Shown here piece by piece: positions 1 to 7,893 of a stretch of DNA of 39,318 bases. The translations under genes were made by a program, and so were the position numbers. Each line of letters opens with the position of its first letter. The first letter of the stretch is position 1. Source of the DNA: a virus (Duplodnaviria; Caudoviricetes). The notes beneath the pieces were generated by a model that searched no databases, was not told where the DNA came from, and saw only the letters and a list, made by a program, of their open reading frames with translations. The stretch is taken from IMG/VR virus record IMGVR_UViG_3300017700_000487, positions 1-39,318 of that record; one strand, 5' to 3'.

Positions 1-835
1 AAAAACCTTGCTGTTGCGCCGAACGGGTCTGGTAGTTCTGGTTCTGCTGATTCAGCGACAGCGAGTTAGCGCCAAGCACGTCCGTTTGACCCACGCCAGT
101 CGGGCTGTACTGGATGCCTTGCGGCATACCGACTTGACCCGTCCCTAGAAGGGCTTGCAGTTGCTGAAGCGGCTGGTTCTGGACGTAAGCGCGCTCTTGC
201 AGGCCTTGCGTCCGCGCCTGATTACCGAATGTCCCACCGGCAATAGCGTTTTGAACAGCGCGAGATTGCTCCGCCCCACCGGCCTGAATGGCCTGATTGG
301 CTGCGTTGGAATAGGCGTCAGTTCTATCACGAGAGAAATCCTCTCGCAGATTGCGTGTAGCTTCGCTATTCGCGCCAAGACCTTGTGCGGCCAAACGTGC
401 GTCTTGAGACCTTTCCATCCGGTCAAACTGCGGGTCAAGGCGACGGGTCTGGCTCGCATATACCGAATCCTCAAACCGTTGGCGGTCAAAGTCAGGCGCG
501 TTATAGCCTTGCAGTTCCGGCAGGCCCTCGGTGTTCAGCCCTTGGCCAAGCGCCTCATTCACGCGGCCAATCTGCTGGCCAGCCGTGTCCAGCGCGGAGC
601 CGTAAACCGACGTGGAGCGGTCGTAGTTCTGCTGTTCACCGGGTGAAAGCGTCGTCTCTTGGCGGTAGCCACCGGGAGCGGACGGGTCAGCGACATACCG
701 AACGGAACCACTAGGCCCGCTGGCATTGACCATGTTTAGCCTCTGCTGCTCACGGGCAGTCGCGGTATTAGCCGCGCCTTGAGCGTTAGCTAGCTGGACG
801 GGATCGGGGGCTGCGGGAGGGCGGGGCTTAGAGAT
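1..835 (-). CDS. Virion ejection/DNA-pilot-like protein, 5' part; runs off position 1 and probably continues at 39226..38988
   Basis: Not in the ORF track. Open frame read by hand: (I/M)SKPRPPAAPDPVQLANAQGAANTATAREQQRLNMVNASGPSGSVRY...QQNQNYQTRSAQQQGF. Q/A/G-rich, directly after the GNAT gene. Start is ATC at 835 (GGAG 8 nt upstream) or ATG at 733. Confidence 0.75.
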   Translation of the reverse strand, partial: MSKPRPPAAPDPVQLANAQGAANTATAREQQRLNMVNASGPSGSVRYVADPSAPGGYRQETTLSPGEQQNYDRSTSVYGSALDTAGQQIGRVNEALGQGLNTEGLPELQGYNAPDFDRQRFEDSVYASQTRRLDPQFDRMERSQDARLAAQGLGANSEATRNLREDFSRDRTDAYSNAANQAIQAGGAEQSRAVQNAIAGGTFGNQARTQGLQERAYVQNQPLQQLQALLGTGQVGMPQGIQYSPTGVGQTDVLGANSLSLNQQNQNYQTRSAQQQGF

Positions 836-1278
836 GGGGAACGCTCCCGAGAGACATTGAACCTGTGTTCAGACCACTCAGAGGCCAGCAAACCGGATAT
901 GATTGTGTGGTCATCACCATAGCCGAATCTCACAGTCCCCTCGTGCTTGAAGCCGAACTTCTGGAGGAACTGGCGAGCCCGACGATTCCGCTTGGGGGTC
1001 TGGCTGGTGATCCGGGCGCACTTCAACTGATCGAAGGCGTACTGCATGATGCCCGTAACTAGCTTAGGCGTCAACCAGTTGGCCCGAATCGCGGCAAAAC
1101 TGACCTCTATGTTTCGGTGATGGGGTTGATAGTTGGAAAAAACCACCCCGCCGATGAGATTATCGTTCTTATCGACAACCCCGATGGCCTCGCATGGCCC
1201 CCAGTCAAGTCCATGCCCGATCTGGTCTGCTACCCATTGAGCGACAAGCGGAGAGAACGGGCCGGAGACTAGCCTCAA
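790..1278 (-). CDS. GNAT-family acetyltransferase-like protein of the podovirus structural module
   Basis: GGVVFSNY...IEVSFAA...YAFDQLKCARITSQTPKRNRRARQFLQKFGFKHEG matches the RimJ/RimL-type GNAT pattern. Lies between the nozzle and ejection genes. Confidence 0.75.
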   Translation of the reverse strand: MRLVSGPFSPLVAQWVADQIGHGLDWGPCEAIGVVDKNDNLIGGVVFSNYQPHHRNIEVSFAAIRANWLTPKLVTGIMQYAFDQLKCARITSQTPKRNRRARQFLQKFGFKHEGTVRFGYGDDHTIISGLLASEWSEHRFNVSRERSPSLSPALPQPPIPSS

Positions 1279-2963
1279 AGCTGGCCGCCCGTCTGGTTCT
1301 GGTACTTCACGTTGAAGGCGATAATCTCACACGGCGCATTGGTGTTGCGAGCCGCTTGGACGGCCAGAAACTCGTCTTCAGCGTACTCGACTGACGTATC
1401 CTCATCCACGGCAACGTCCGTATAAAGAACCGGAGAAGGCGAAACCCGCATCCGCACCGCGCCGCAGTAGCCAATCCCGGTCACGCTGGTCCAGCTATCG
1501 CGCGTCTGAACGCTAGGCGACCACAAGGCTTGGTCCCACAGTCCAGTGTCCCACTGACCACCTGTGACAGAAATAGTCGTAGGAACCGCAGTCGGTACGC
1601 TTTCCTTGAAGTCCGTTACAATCTCCACAGCCGGGGCAAGCGCGCTGGCAATGCGGAGAATCGGTTGCAGCATCTCAAACTTTTTCAGGCTTCCGCGTGA
1701 GCCGAAATAGTTAAACGCCGTCTTGATGTCCCCGACGATAGCGCCCGTGTTGTCAGCGTACCCAGTGTCCCAAAGATAGATCGCGTCAGCGCCGCCGAAG
1801 TACATTTGGTCATTAGCGACAGCCCAACAGAACGCATTGATGCCCGTAAACCTGCACCATGCGCCCGTCTGGACATTCTGGACGTATTGCTCTGAGCGGG
1901 AAAGGCTCGCTATCGGGACATTGAAGACCGCCAGCGTCCCTTTGGGATAAAGCGTCCCCTCCCATCCGAAGTTGCCACGATACCGCTGTGTGGCCGTCTG
2001 AAACGCATTCTGGATACGCTGCGTCAAGGCAACGAGGTTCTCTTGCGCGCGGTCCAGTTTGAGAGCTTGCGAGAGAGGCACAACGCCGTCAGTCGTCAGC
2101 AGAACAAGGTCAGAGCCGTACTTGATGAGCGACCGGCGCGAGAGGGGCAAGCCAAGGTCATAAACCCCGACCAGCGCCCAGTTGTTCGCATCCGAGGGAT
2201 CAAGCCCCTGATAGACCGCCACCTGACCTTGCGTGGTGACGAACACCGCCAAATCATCCGCACCGGAACCTCCGTCCAGCGTCCAAGTGGCTTGGCAGAT
2301 AATGGAGCCGCCCTTGTCAAAGATCGGGCCAAGGTCCAGCAATTCCGCCTCGCCCTGAATGGCGAATGGCGCGAGGAACCAGACCCTCAGACTGTCTTCC
2401 TGCACAAAGAACAGCCGTCCCTTGTGATCCATCACGTCAACCAGCGTTCGCGGGTCAAGCGTGATAACCCCTGACGTTCCGGTAATCACCGTGTCAGCAA
2501 AAGCCGTTCCGTTGTAATAGACCGGCGCAACAGCCCCGTTGGCCGCAATCAGGAACGTCCCCGCGTCATTCGCGAAGTTGATCCATTGCCAGCGGGGATT
2601 GCCCGCACCGTTATAGACCTCAACCGGGGCTTCATTCTGGTTCGTCACGTCGAAAATCGAACCGCCGCAAGCCGCGAAAATATCATCCGCCGTCGCCTGC
2701 ACATGGCCGCGCCAGACCAAGATAGTCTCAGTCGGGAGAACCAAGCCCTCTTGCCATGGCACATAGCCCTTCCGCAGCTCCACATATCCAGCGCGCGGGA
2801 TGAAGTTGTCGAGAATGACCGCGTTTTCCGGCGGCATATTGGCAAGCGGGGACTGTGCATCCCATCCACCCACCGGGGCAGGAACCGCCTTGCCGATAGT
2901 CACGCGGTGCTGGTTGACAGGCTGAAGGGCTTGACGCCCGTAACCCCTAACGGCCTGCCTCAT
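1275..2963 (-). CDS. Tail nozzle / packaged-DNA stabilisation protein (P22 gp10 / T7 gp12-like position)
   Basis: ~560 aa and beta-rich. PAPVGGWDAQSPLANMPPENAVILDNFIP N-terminus. Follows the adaptor gene. Start set at ATG 2963, overlapping the upstream stop. Confidence 0.7.
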   Translation of the reverse strand: MRQAVRGYGRQALQPVNQHRVTIGKAVPAPVGGWDAQSPLANMPPENAVILDNFIPRAGYVELRKGYVPWQEGLVLPTETILVWRGHVQATADDIFAACGGSIFDVTNQNEAPVEVYNGAGNPRWQWINFANDAGTFLIAANGAVAPVYYNGTAFADTVITGTSGVITLDPRTLVDVMDHKGRLFFVQEDSLRVWFLAPFAIQGEAELLDLGPIFDKGGSIICQATWTLDGGSGADDLAVFVTTQGQVAVYQGLDPSDANNWALVGVYDLGLPLSRRSLIKYGSDLVLLTTDGVVPLSQALKLDRAQENLVALTQRIQNAFQTATQRYRGNFGWEGTLYPKGTLAVFNVPIASLSRSEQYVQNVQTGAWCRFTGINAFCWAVANDQMYFGGADAIYLWDTGYADNTGAIVGDIKTAFNYFGSRGSLKKFEMLQPILRIASALAPAVEIVTDFKESVPTAVPTTISVTGGQWDTGLWDQALWSPSVQTRDSWTSVTGIGYCGAVRMRVSPSPVLYTDVAVDEDTSVEYAEDEFLAVQAARNTNAPCEIIAFNVKYQNQTGGQL

Positions 2964-3154
2964 AGCGCAACCCAAGCCCCTGAACGGTTTTGATAACCTT
3001 GCGACCCGATGTAGAACAGCGCGCCGTCTGGCTTGTCTAGCGGGTCAGGAAGCGCCGAACCATAGCTAGGCCCATAGACAGACAGCAGCGCATTGATACG
3101 CTTGCGCTGCGTCTCTTGGTTCTTCGTGTCCGAGATGGTCAGGAAAAGGATCAT
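2960..3154 (-). CDS. Small hypothetical virion-module protein
   Basis: 64 aa ORF abutting both neighbours. Confidence 0.6.
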   Translation of the reverse strand: MILFLTISDTKNQETQRKRINALLSVYGPSYGSALPDPLDKPDGALFYIGSQGYQNRSGAWVAL

Positions 3155-3862
3155 CTACGGGCCGGGGAATCCGCCGACCGGCAGGTTGGGAGACAACAGA
3201 AATTGGCCGTCTCCTGTGGTCGTAATCATGCCATTACCGCCGTCACGAGCTTGACGCTGCGTCCGCTCGCTCATGTAGGTTCTGTAATCTTCGCTATATT
3301 CCAACCCCTTGGACTTAAGGAACCGCCAGCGAAGGCCAAGAACGATAATCTTTTCATCAAGATATGCTGTATCGCTATCCGCCTCATAGTCTGAGCGCGG
3401 CACCGGAACCTCATCGGAACTGTAGCACCAGTCCGTCGTGACGTACTCGTAAGCGATAGTTTCGCCAGCGGCAGGCGTCGGGGTAATCAAAAACTGCCCG
3501 TCGCGTTCGATAAACGCCAGATACACGCGGTTTAGCTGCGGCTGGGCTTGGATCGCTTGCCACTGCTGCGGCGTAATCGGGCCGATAACCGTCCGCTGCG
3601 TGGATCGGTTGAAGAAGGTGTTGGCGACGAACCGATCCCAATCAGCCGGAACCGCCGTTGTCTGATCCGCCGTGGCCGTGGTGACAAACGTATGTTGCCT
3701 ACGCATGACCTGCCAATCATACGACCCGGCAAGCTCGTTTCCCTCTTCGTTGGCCAGCGCGTAAAGCTGCTGAACCTGAATGTCAGTCGAGTTGACGACT
3801 TCCGTAGGAACCGGGATGGAAAGCAGACGACAAGCGCGCTGCACGACTGTAAGCAAACTCAC
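3155..3862 (-). CDS. Head-to-tail adaptor (P22 gp4 / T7 gp11-like position)
   Basis: MSLLTVVQRACRLLSIP...YDWQVMRRQHTF...LGLRWRFLKSKGLEY; size and synteny fit. Confidence 0.7.
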   Translation of the reverse strand: MSLLTVVQRACRLLSIPVPTEVVNSTDIQVQQLYALANEEGNELAGSYDWQVMRRQHTFVTTATADQTTAVPADWDRFVANTFFNRSTQRTVIGPITPQQWQAIQAQPQLNRVYLAFIERDGQFLITPTPAAGETIAYEYVTTDWCYSSDEVPVPRSDYEADSDTAYLDEKIIVLGLRWRFLKSKGLEYSEDYRTYMSERTQRQARDGGNGMITTTGDGQFLLSPNLPVGGFPGP

Positions 3863-3867
3863 CGGCG

Positions 3868-4215
3868 CTAGTCCTTCAGTTTAGGCGGGCGACCCCGACG
3901 CGGGGCCTCCGGCGTTGTCGCTCCTCCAAGCTGTTCGTAATCGGCGGGGGCGTGAACGTGATCCTCGCTTACTGGGCGAAGGGGCTTTGACCCACCCGGA
4001 GCACCGTCCCCGTCTCTGTCCAGTTGCGGCAAGCGCCCTTCGTTGAAAGCCTCCCACGCGCCTTGATGCTCTGCCCGATCAGCCTTCGTCGCTTTACGCG
4101 GGCCGATGATGTTGCCCGAGTCGATGACGAACCGGAACATGGTCACGCCGTCAATCTCTAGGAACTGAGGGCCGATAGACGGGCGGGCGTCCCGCTCAAT
4201 GGTCGGGGCAGTCAT
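3868..4215 (-). CDS. Hypothetical protein with DRDGDG motif and basic C-terminal RRGRPPK
   Basis: 115 aa ORF coupled to upstream gene. Confidence 0.65.
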   Translation of the reverse strand: MTAPTIERDARPSIGPQFLEIDGVTMFRFVIDSGNIIGPRKATKADRAEHQGAWEAFNEGRLPQLDRDGDGAPGGSKPLRPVSEDHVHAPADYEQLGGATTPEAPRRGRPPKLKD

Positions 4216-4751
4216 GCGGCTTGGTCCTGTTTACGGGGGAGGAGGGCGGAAAGCTCTTGAACCTGACGCTCAAGGGCCTCACGCTTGGCCGTCTCGCTTG
4301 CCAATGCGGCCTGCATCTCCGCCAGCGGGGCCATCTCTTCGGATTGCTTGAGCCACGCCCTAGCCTTGTCTCTGAGCGCATTACCGCCCATCGGCATGAC
4401 CTTGGAAAGCTGAAGGTCTGATAGATCGGCCAATGCCTCAACCGTCCGCACGTTGGAACTGGAAAGCTGCATGGCGATAGCGCGGCTTACCGGAGGCCAA
4501 TCGTCTAGCGGCGTCCCATCGGTCGGGGCTTCCTGATTGGCTTGGAACGCAGCCCACTTGTCAGGCCAACGCTCTTTGTGATGGTCCTTCACCTTCTCGT
4601 GGACCTCCGAGAGTTTATCACCCGGAATCATGATCTCGACATAAGGGACTTCCTCCCAAATGGCGCGGCCATGCTTTTCGCTCTCAAAGTTGTTCTGAAC
4701 GGCCTTCATGTAGAAGACGGGGATCAGGTTGTCTCTCACGGCTTCGGCCAT
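4212..4751 (-). CDS. Phage protein with C-terminal coiled coil
   Basis: YVEIMIPGDK...RWPDKWAAF...GTPLDDWP...VRTVEALADLSD; GGAGG RBS. Confidence 0.75.
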   Translation of the reverse strand: MAEAVRDNLIPVFYMKAVQNNFESEKHGRAIWEEVPYVEIMIPGDKLSEVHEKVKDHHKERWPDKWAAFQANQEAPTDGTPLDDWPPVSRAIAMQLSSSNVRTVEALADLSDLQLSKVMPMGGNALRDKARAWLKQSEEMAPLAEMQAALASETAKREALERQVQELSALLPRKQDQAA

Positions 4752-4800
4752 TCATTCCTCCAAGGTTGGCGCATCATAGGGGAAAACTTCGCCGTTGTCG

Positions 4801-5010
4801 CTACCGGCGGGAAACGGCGAGCGGACCAGTCAAAGGGCATCCTCTTGCATCGTAGAGGTGATACTTAGCATCGACCGGAGCGAAGAAGTCGGGACGCTCT
4901 TTGACGAGCAAAGCCCGGTCTTCCTCGGTCACATCGTCTGGAAACCACTTGGCCCGAGCAAAGGCCAGACGACGGCGATTGGCGTTCCGTTCATGATACT
5001 GGCCACTCAT
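4801..5010 (-). CDS. Hypothetical protein
   Basis: MSGQYHERNANRRR...; ATG 5010 overlaps the stop of the upstream peptide gene. Confidence 0.55.
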   Translation of the reverse strand: MSGQYHERNANRRRLAFARAKWFPDDVTEEDRALLVKERPDFFAPVDAKYHLYDARGCPLTGPLAVSRR

Positions 5011-5087
5011 CGGCGCGTGTTCACGAACAGGCCGACAACGGCAAGCCAAAGCAGCCAGACGGCGAGAAGGCCAAGAGCGAGAATCAT
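5007..5087 (-). CDS. 26-aa single-TM membrane peptide
   Basis: Read by hand: MILALGLLAVWLLWLAVVGLFVNTRR; ATGA overlaps at both ends. Confidence 0.5.
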   Translation of the reverse strand: MILALGLLAVWLLWLAVVGLFVNTRR

Positions 5088-5548
5088 TGAGGCCACGCTT
5101 TCCCCTTCACGATCCTAGAGATGAGCGAGTGCGCCACTCCATACTGGCGAGCAATTGGCCTGTAGCCTACGCCAGACGAATAGATGCGCCGGATTTCCTG
5201 CACTTCTCTCTCGGAGAGCTTTGTGTTGGTTGGCTTGCGTCTGTCCGCACCTACGGGCGCGCGCCCTTTCCGATACATATCGACTATGTTGTCGCGATTG
5301 GTTCCAAGGAACAGATGGTTCGGATTTACACAAGCTGGCGTGTCGCACTTGTGGCAAACAAACAGCCCTCCCGGAATGGGGCCGTTTTCCATCTCCCATG
5401 CAACGCGATGCGTGGACCGCGCATATCCCTTGCGGATTGTAATCAGACCGTAGCCTTTATGGTTGGTCACTCCTCCCCACAAAAGACAGCCGGTATTCAG
5501 TTCCGGTTCGACTTTTTCTAAAAACCGATCCTCAAGAGGCCTAACCAT
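5084..5548 (-). CDS. HNH homing endonuclease with C-terminal HTH
   Basis: GCLLWGG...GYG...HRVAWE...VCHKCDTPACVNPNHLFLGTNRDNIVDM, then KLSEREVQEIRR...IARQYGVAHSLISRI. Confidence 0.9.
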   Translation of the reverse strand: MVRPLEDRFLEKVEPELNTGCLLWGGVTNHKGYGLITIRKGYARSTHRVAWEMENGPIPGGLFVCHKCDTPACVNPNHLFLGTNRDNIVDMYRKGRAPVGADRRKPTNTKLSEREVQEIRRIYSSGVGYRPIARQYGVAHSLISRIVKGKAWPQ

Positions 5549-6977
5549 TGAGACGTCTCCAAATGTCTGGAATCAATCCGCGTCCGTGCGTCCAAATCTT
5601 TATGCCTTGTTCTCGCAAGGCTAGATAGTTTTCCTGAAACTCCATAGCCTGCCGAGCCATCCAAGGCGCGCAAACGTATGTCTTGTCATCAAGGGCAATC
5701 GTCAGGGTCGAGTCCGTGTCGTTGAGGGCCTGCGAATATGCGTGGTGATTGCCGTCCTCATACGAGCTGTCAAAGCCGTACAGGTGGATTTTCTTGTATC
5801 CCGACAGCCACGCCAGATTGAGAGCGCGAAGGCCCACAGTCCCGCCGCCCGGCACGAATACCACCGGTTTCTGGTCCGGCCCTTCCTCAAACCACGGCTT
5901 TACGATGGAGAACAACTCTTCGCCGTCGTGCATCCCGTTATGCCAGACGACTACATCATGCCCCGAAAGCGCATCAAACACGCACGGATGAACCTGCGAG
6001 GCGAGGAAATAGCGGGTTTTCTTCGGCGCATCTTGCACAAACGCGGCGTTTTCTTCCCGCGCGTCCAGCATGACGTGAGAGTCAGGAGTAAGCCCCCGTT
6101 CCGTCAGGTAGGCCAGCGCATTGTTTACGGTGATGATCTTAGCGCCCCGCCGCCTATGATCCTTGATTGCCTGCACATGATCCTTCATCGACGGACCACC
6201 GCCCACGATGACGCAAGCCTTGTCCTGCTTGTCGAACCCGGAAAACCATTCCAGATCGCGCGTGACATTGGCTCTGATATTGTCATACGCATAATCAGCG
6301 GAGACGTTCATTCCGTCCATTTTGGGCGGGCAGGTGAAGCCTCCGACCTTCCAGACACCCGGAACCCACCCCTCAGTCACTTCATGGGGATTAGGCCTAC
6401 CGTGGAAGACGACCGCCTTGCAGCCCTCCGGAGGCCATGCGACCGCATCACGGTAGGACACGAACCAGTTAGCCGGGAACGTCTCCCATGCGCTGACTTG
6501 GCTAATCCATTCCTGATCGCCGCCGTTGATCTGGCCAGCCGGAAGAAGGCCCACAAGGCTCTCCGTGGGGCGGTCGATTACGGCAGTCGTGAACCGATCC
6601 CAAATGTCCCGATGGTCGCCATGCCGCCAGCGCATCACAGACGAGTTGTAGCAGGGCCAGTTCCAGTCTTTGATGATGCCGTGCGGAAGACCCTCAAGAC
6701 GGCCCGTCACGCATACGTCGAGGTCCATATAAAGAACCTCAGCGCCGGTTTTCCAAGGCATCGTATCGGCGTCGAATAGCTGGACCTTCGCCCACCAACC
6801 GGGCAACGACGGGTCCGCCAAGATCGGCTCTACACCCTCCGGCAGTTCGTCCGGCCTGTCCGTCAGACAATAGTGCGCTTGTTCTTCGCCTAGATGGCGC
6901 ACAATGCCATCATGAAGGCGGTGGACGTACTCAGGGCCGTATTTTGTGCCGACGCGGACGGAGACGACGTTAATCAT
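5541..6977 (-). CDS. Two-domain protein: N-terminal GT-A glycosyltransferase-like domain plus C-terminal DUF115/MptE/Maf-like domain
   Basis: N-terminal GTKYGPEYV...GWWAKVQLF...YMDLDVCV (DxD)...NSSVM...GDQEWI...VFHGRPNPH; C-terminal IVGGGPS...VNNA...GGGTVGLRALNLAWLSGYKKIHLYGFDSS. True start is ATG 6977 (MINVVSV), not 7211. Confidence 0.8.
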   Translation of the reverse strand: MINVVSVRVGTKYGPEYVHRLHDGIVRHLGEEQAHYCLTDRPDELPEGVEPILADPSLPGWWAKVQLFDADTMPWKTGAEVLYMDLDVCVTGRLEGLPHGIIKDWNWPCYNSSVMRWRHGDHRDIWDRFTTAVIDRPTESLVGLLPAGQINGGDQEWISQVSAWETFPANWFVSYRDAVAWPPEGCKAVVFHGRPNPHEVTEGWVPGVWKVGGFTCPPKMDGMNVSADYAYDNIRANVTRDLEWFSGFDKQDKACVIVGGGPSMKDHVQAIKDHRRRGAKIITVNNALAYLTERGLTPDSHVMLDAREENAAFVQDAPKKTRYFLASQVHPCVFDALSGHDVVVWHNGMHDGEELFSIVKPWFEEGPDQKPVVFVPGGGTVGLRALNLAWLSGYKKIHLYGFDSSYEDGNHHAYSQALNDTDSTLTIALDDKTYVCAPWMARQAMEFQENYLALREQGIKIWTHGRGLIPDIWRRLNG

Positions 6978-7474
6978 TTGTGTGCTTCCTCGCGACGCGG
7001 CTGGATTCCCCAAAGCTCTTTCTCTGCCTTCAGGCGAGCGGCTATGGCTTCTGCCTTGGTTTTGAACGAGCCAAGATACATCGGAACATTGTTCACGCCG
7101 ATAGTCGCTTCCCACCGCGTTTCGGTTCGCTTGTATATGCCAAGCGCACCGCTCTTGTTGTTGGCGTAGGGTCCAGCAATGTTCCGCTGATTTAGCGCGC
7201 GGTCTAGCCACCGAAGATTGGCGCGGCGGTTGTCCAGCGTGTCGCCGTTGATGTGGTCAACGTGGCGTTTTCCACCCGGCCCGTAAGCCCGCTCCGCGAT
7301 AGCCCGGTGCATATACTCGTGCGAGGAAGCCCCACGCGGCCCCCACTGACGAACCGCATAAGGCTTCGCGCTTGGGTGCGGCCCGATGTTCGCTCGCCAG
7401 CGCAGATCAGCCAAATCAGCGTCATCATCGTCAACGACGGCGACAAAGCCTCGGGATAACGGTATCTCTTTCAT
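6974..7474 (-). CDS. HNH-AP2 homing endonuclease
   Basis: MKEIPLSRGFVAVVDDDD...YMHRAI...VDHINGDTLDNRRANLR, then AP2-like WEATIGVNNVPMYLGSFKTKAEAIAAR. Confidence 0.9.
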   Translation of the reverse strand: MKEIPLSRGFVAVVDDDDADLADLRWRANIGPHPSAKPYAVRQWGPRGASSHEYMHRAIAERAYGPGGKRHVDHINGDTLDNRRANLRWLDRALNQRNIAGPYANNKSGALGIYKRTETRWEATIGVNNVPMYLGSFKTKAEAIAARLKAEKELWGIQPRREEAHK

Positions 7475-7507
7475 GCAAACACAATCGCACTGTATTTGCG
7501 TGGTGTC

Positions 7508-7542
7508 AAAGAAAGACCCCGCCAGACGAATCCAGCGGGGCC
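7508..7542 (-). terminator. Rho-independent terminator after the capsid genes
   Basis: Minus strand GGCCCCGCTGGA-TTCG-TCTGGCGGGGTC followed by TTTCTTT. Confidence 0.85.
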
Positions 7543-7572
7543 ATCCTTGCCTTTCAGACCGTGGAGGCGGTC

Positions 7573-7869
7573 TTAGAGGAAGTTGCTACGCGCGAAGAAA
7601 CGTTGGCCGGTGACCACGCCTCCGCTGGTATTCACGTTGAACGATTGCGCGACCCCGGCAGACGCCGCAGCAGCGGCGGAACCGGCGGCACCGAGCGTCA
7701 CATTAGCGGTTGAGGCGAGAGTGCCTTGAGCCAGCGCAACGATGTGCTGGCGACCGTCGTTAGCGATAACCGACATAAGAGCCGGGAAGGCGAACGTAGA
7801 GCCTTTCGAGTCCAGATCAGCCCCAAGGACGGGATTGACCGAGAAGATAGTTGCGGCAGTCGATGCCAT
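7573..7869 (-). CDS. Probable capsid decoration/cement protein
   Basis: 98 aa, Ala/Gly/Thr-rich, immediately after the capsid gene; AGGAG RBS. Confidence 0.6.
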   Translation of the reverse strand: MASTAATIFSVNPVLGADLDSKGSTFAFPALMSVIANDGRQHIVALAQGTLASTANVTLGAAGSAAAAASAGVAQSFNVNTSGGVVTGQRFFARSNFL

Positions 7870-7893
7870 ATCGGTTGCTCCTTTCTAGGGGGC

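Noticed and set aside
193-295. Diversity-generating retroelement TR/VR pair or invertible segment
   Set aside because: The two copies are identical with no adenine-specific mismatches, no reverse transcriptase or invertase is visible, and one copy is at the contig edge.
145-714. Track ORFs 145..489, 155..646 and 385..714
   Set aside because: Shadow frames of the real minus-strand gene 835..1, which the track missed because it lacks a stop in the window.
6978-7211. 78-aa N-terminal extension of the glycosyltransferase ORF
   Set aside because: Overlaps the HNH-AP2 gene in another frame; the ATGA-coupled start at 6977 is more plausible.
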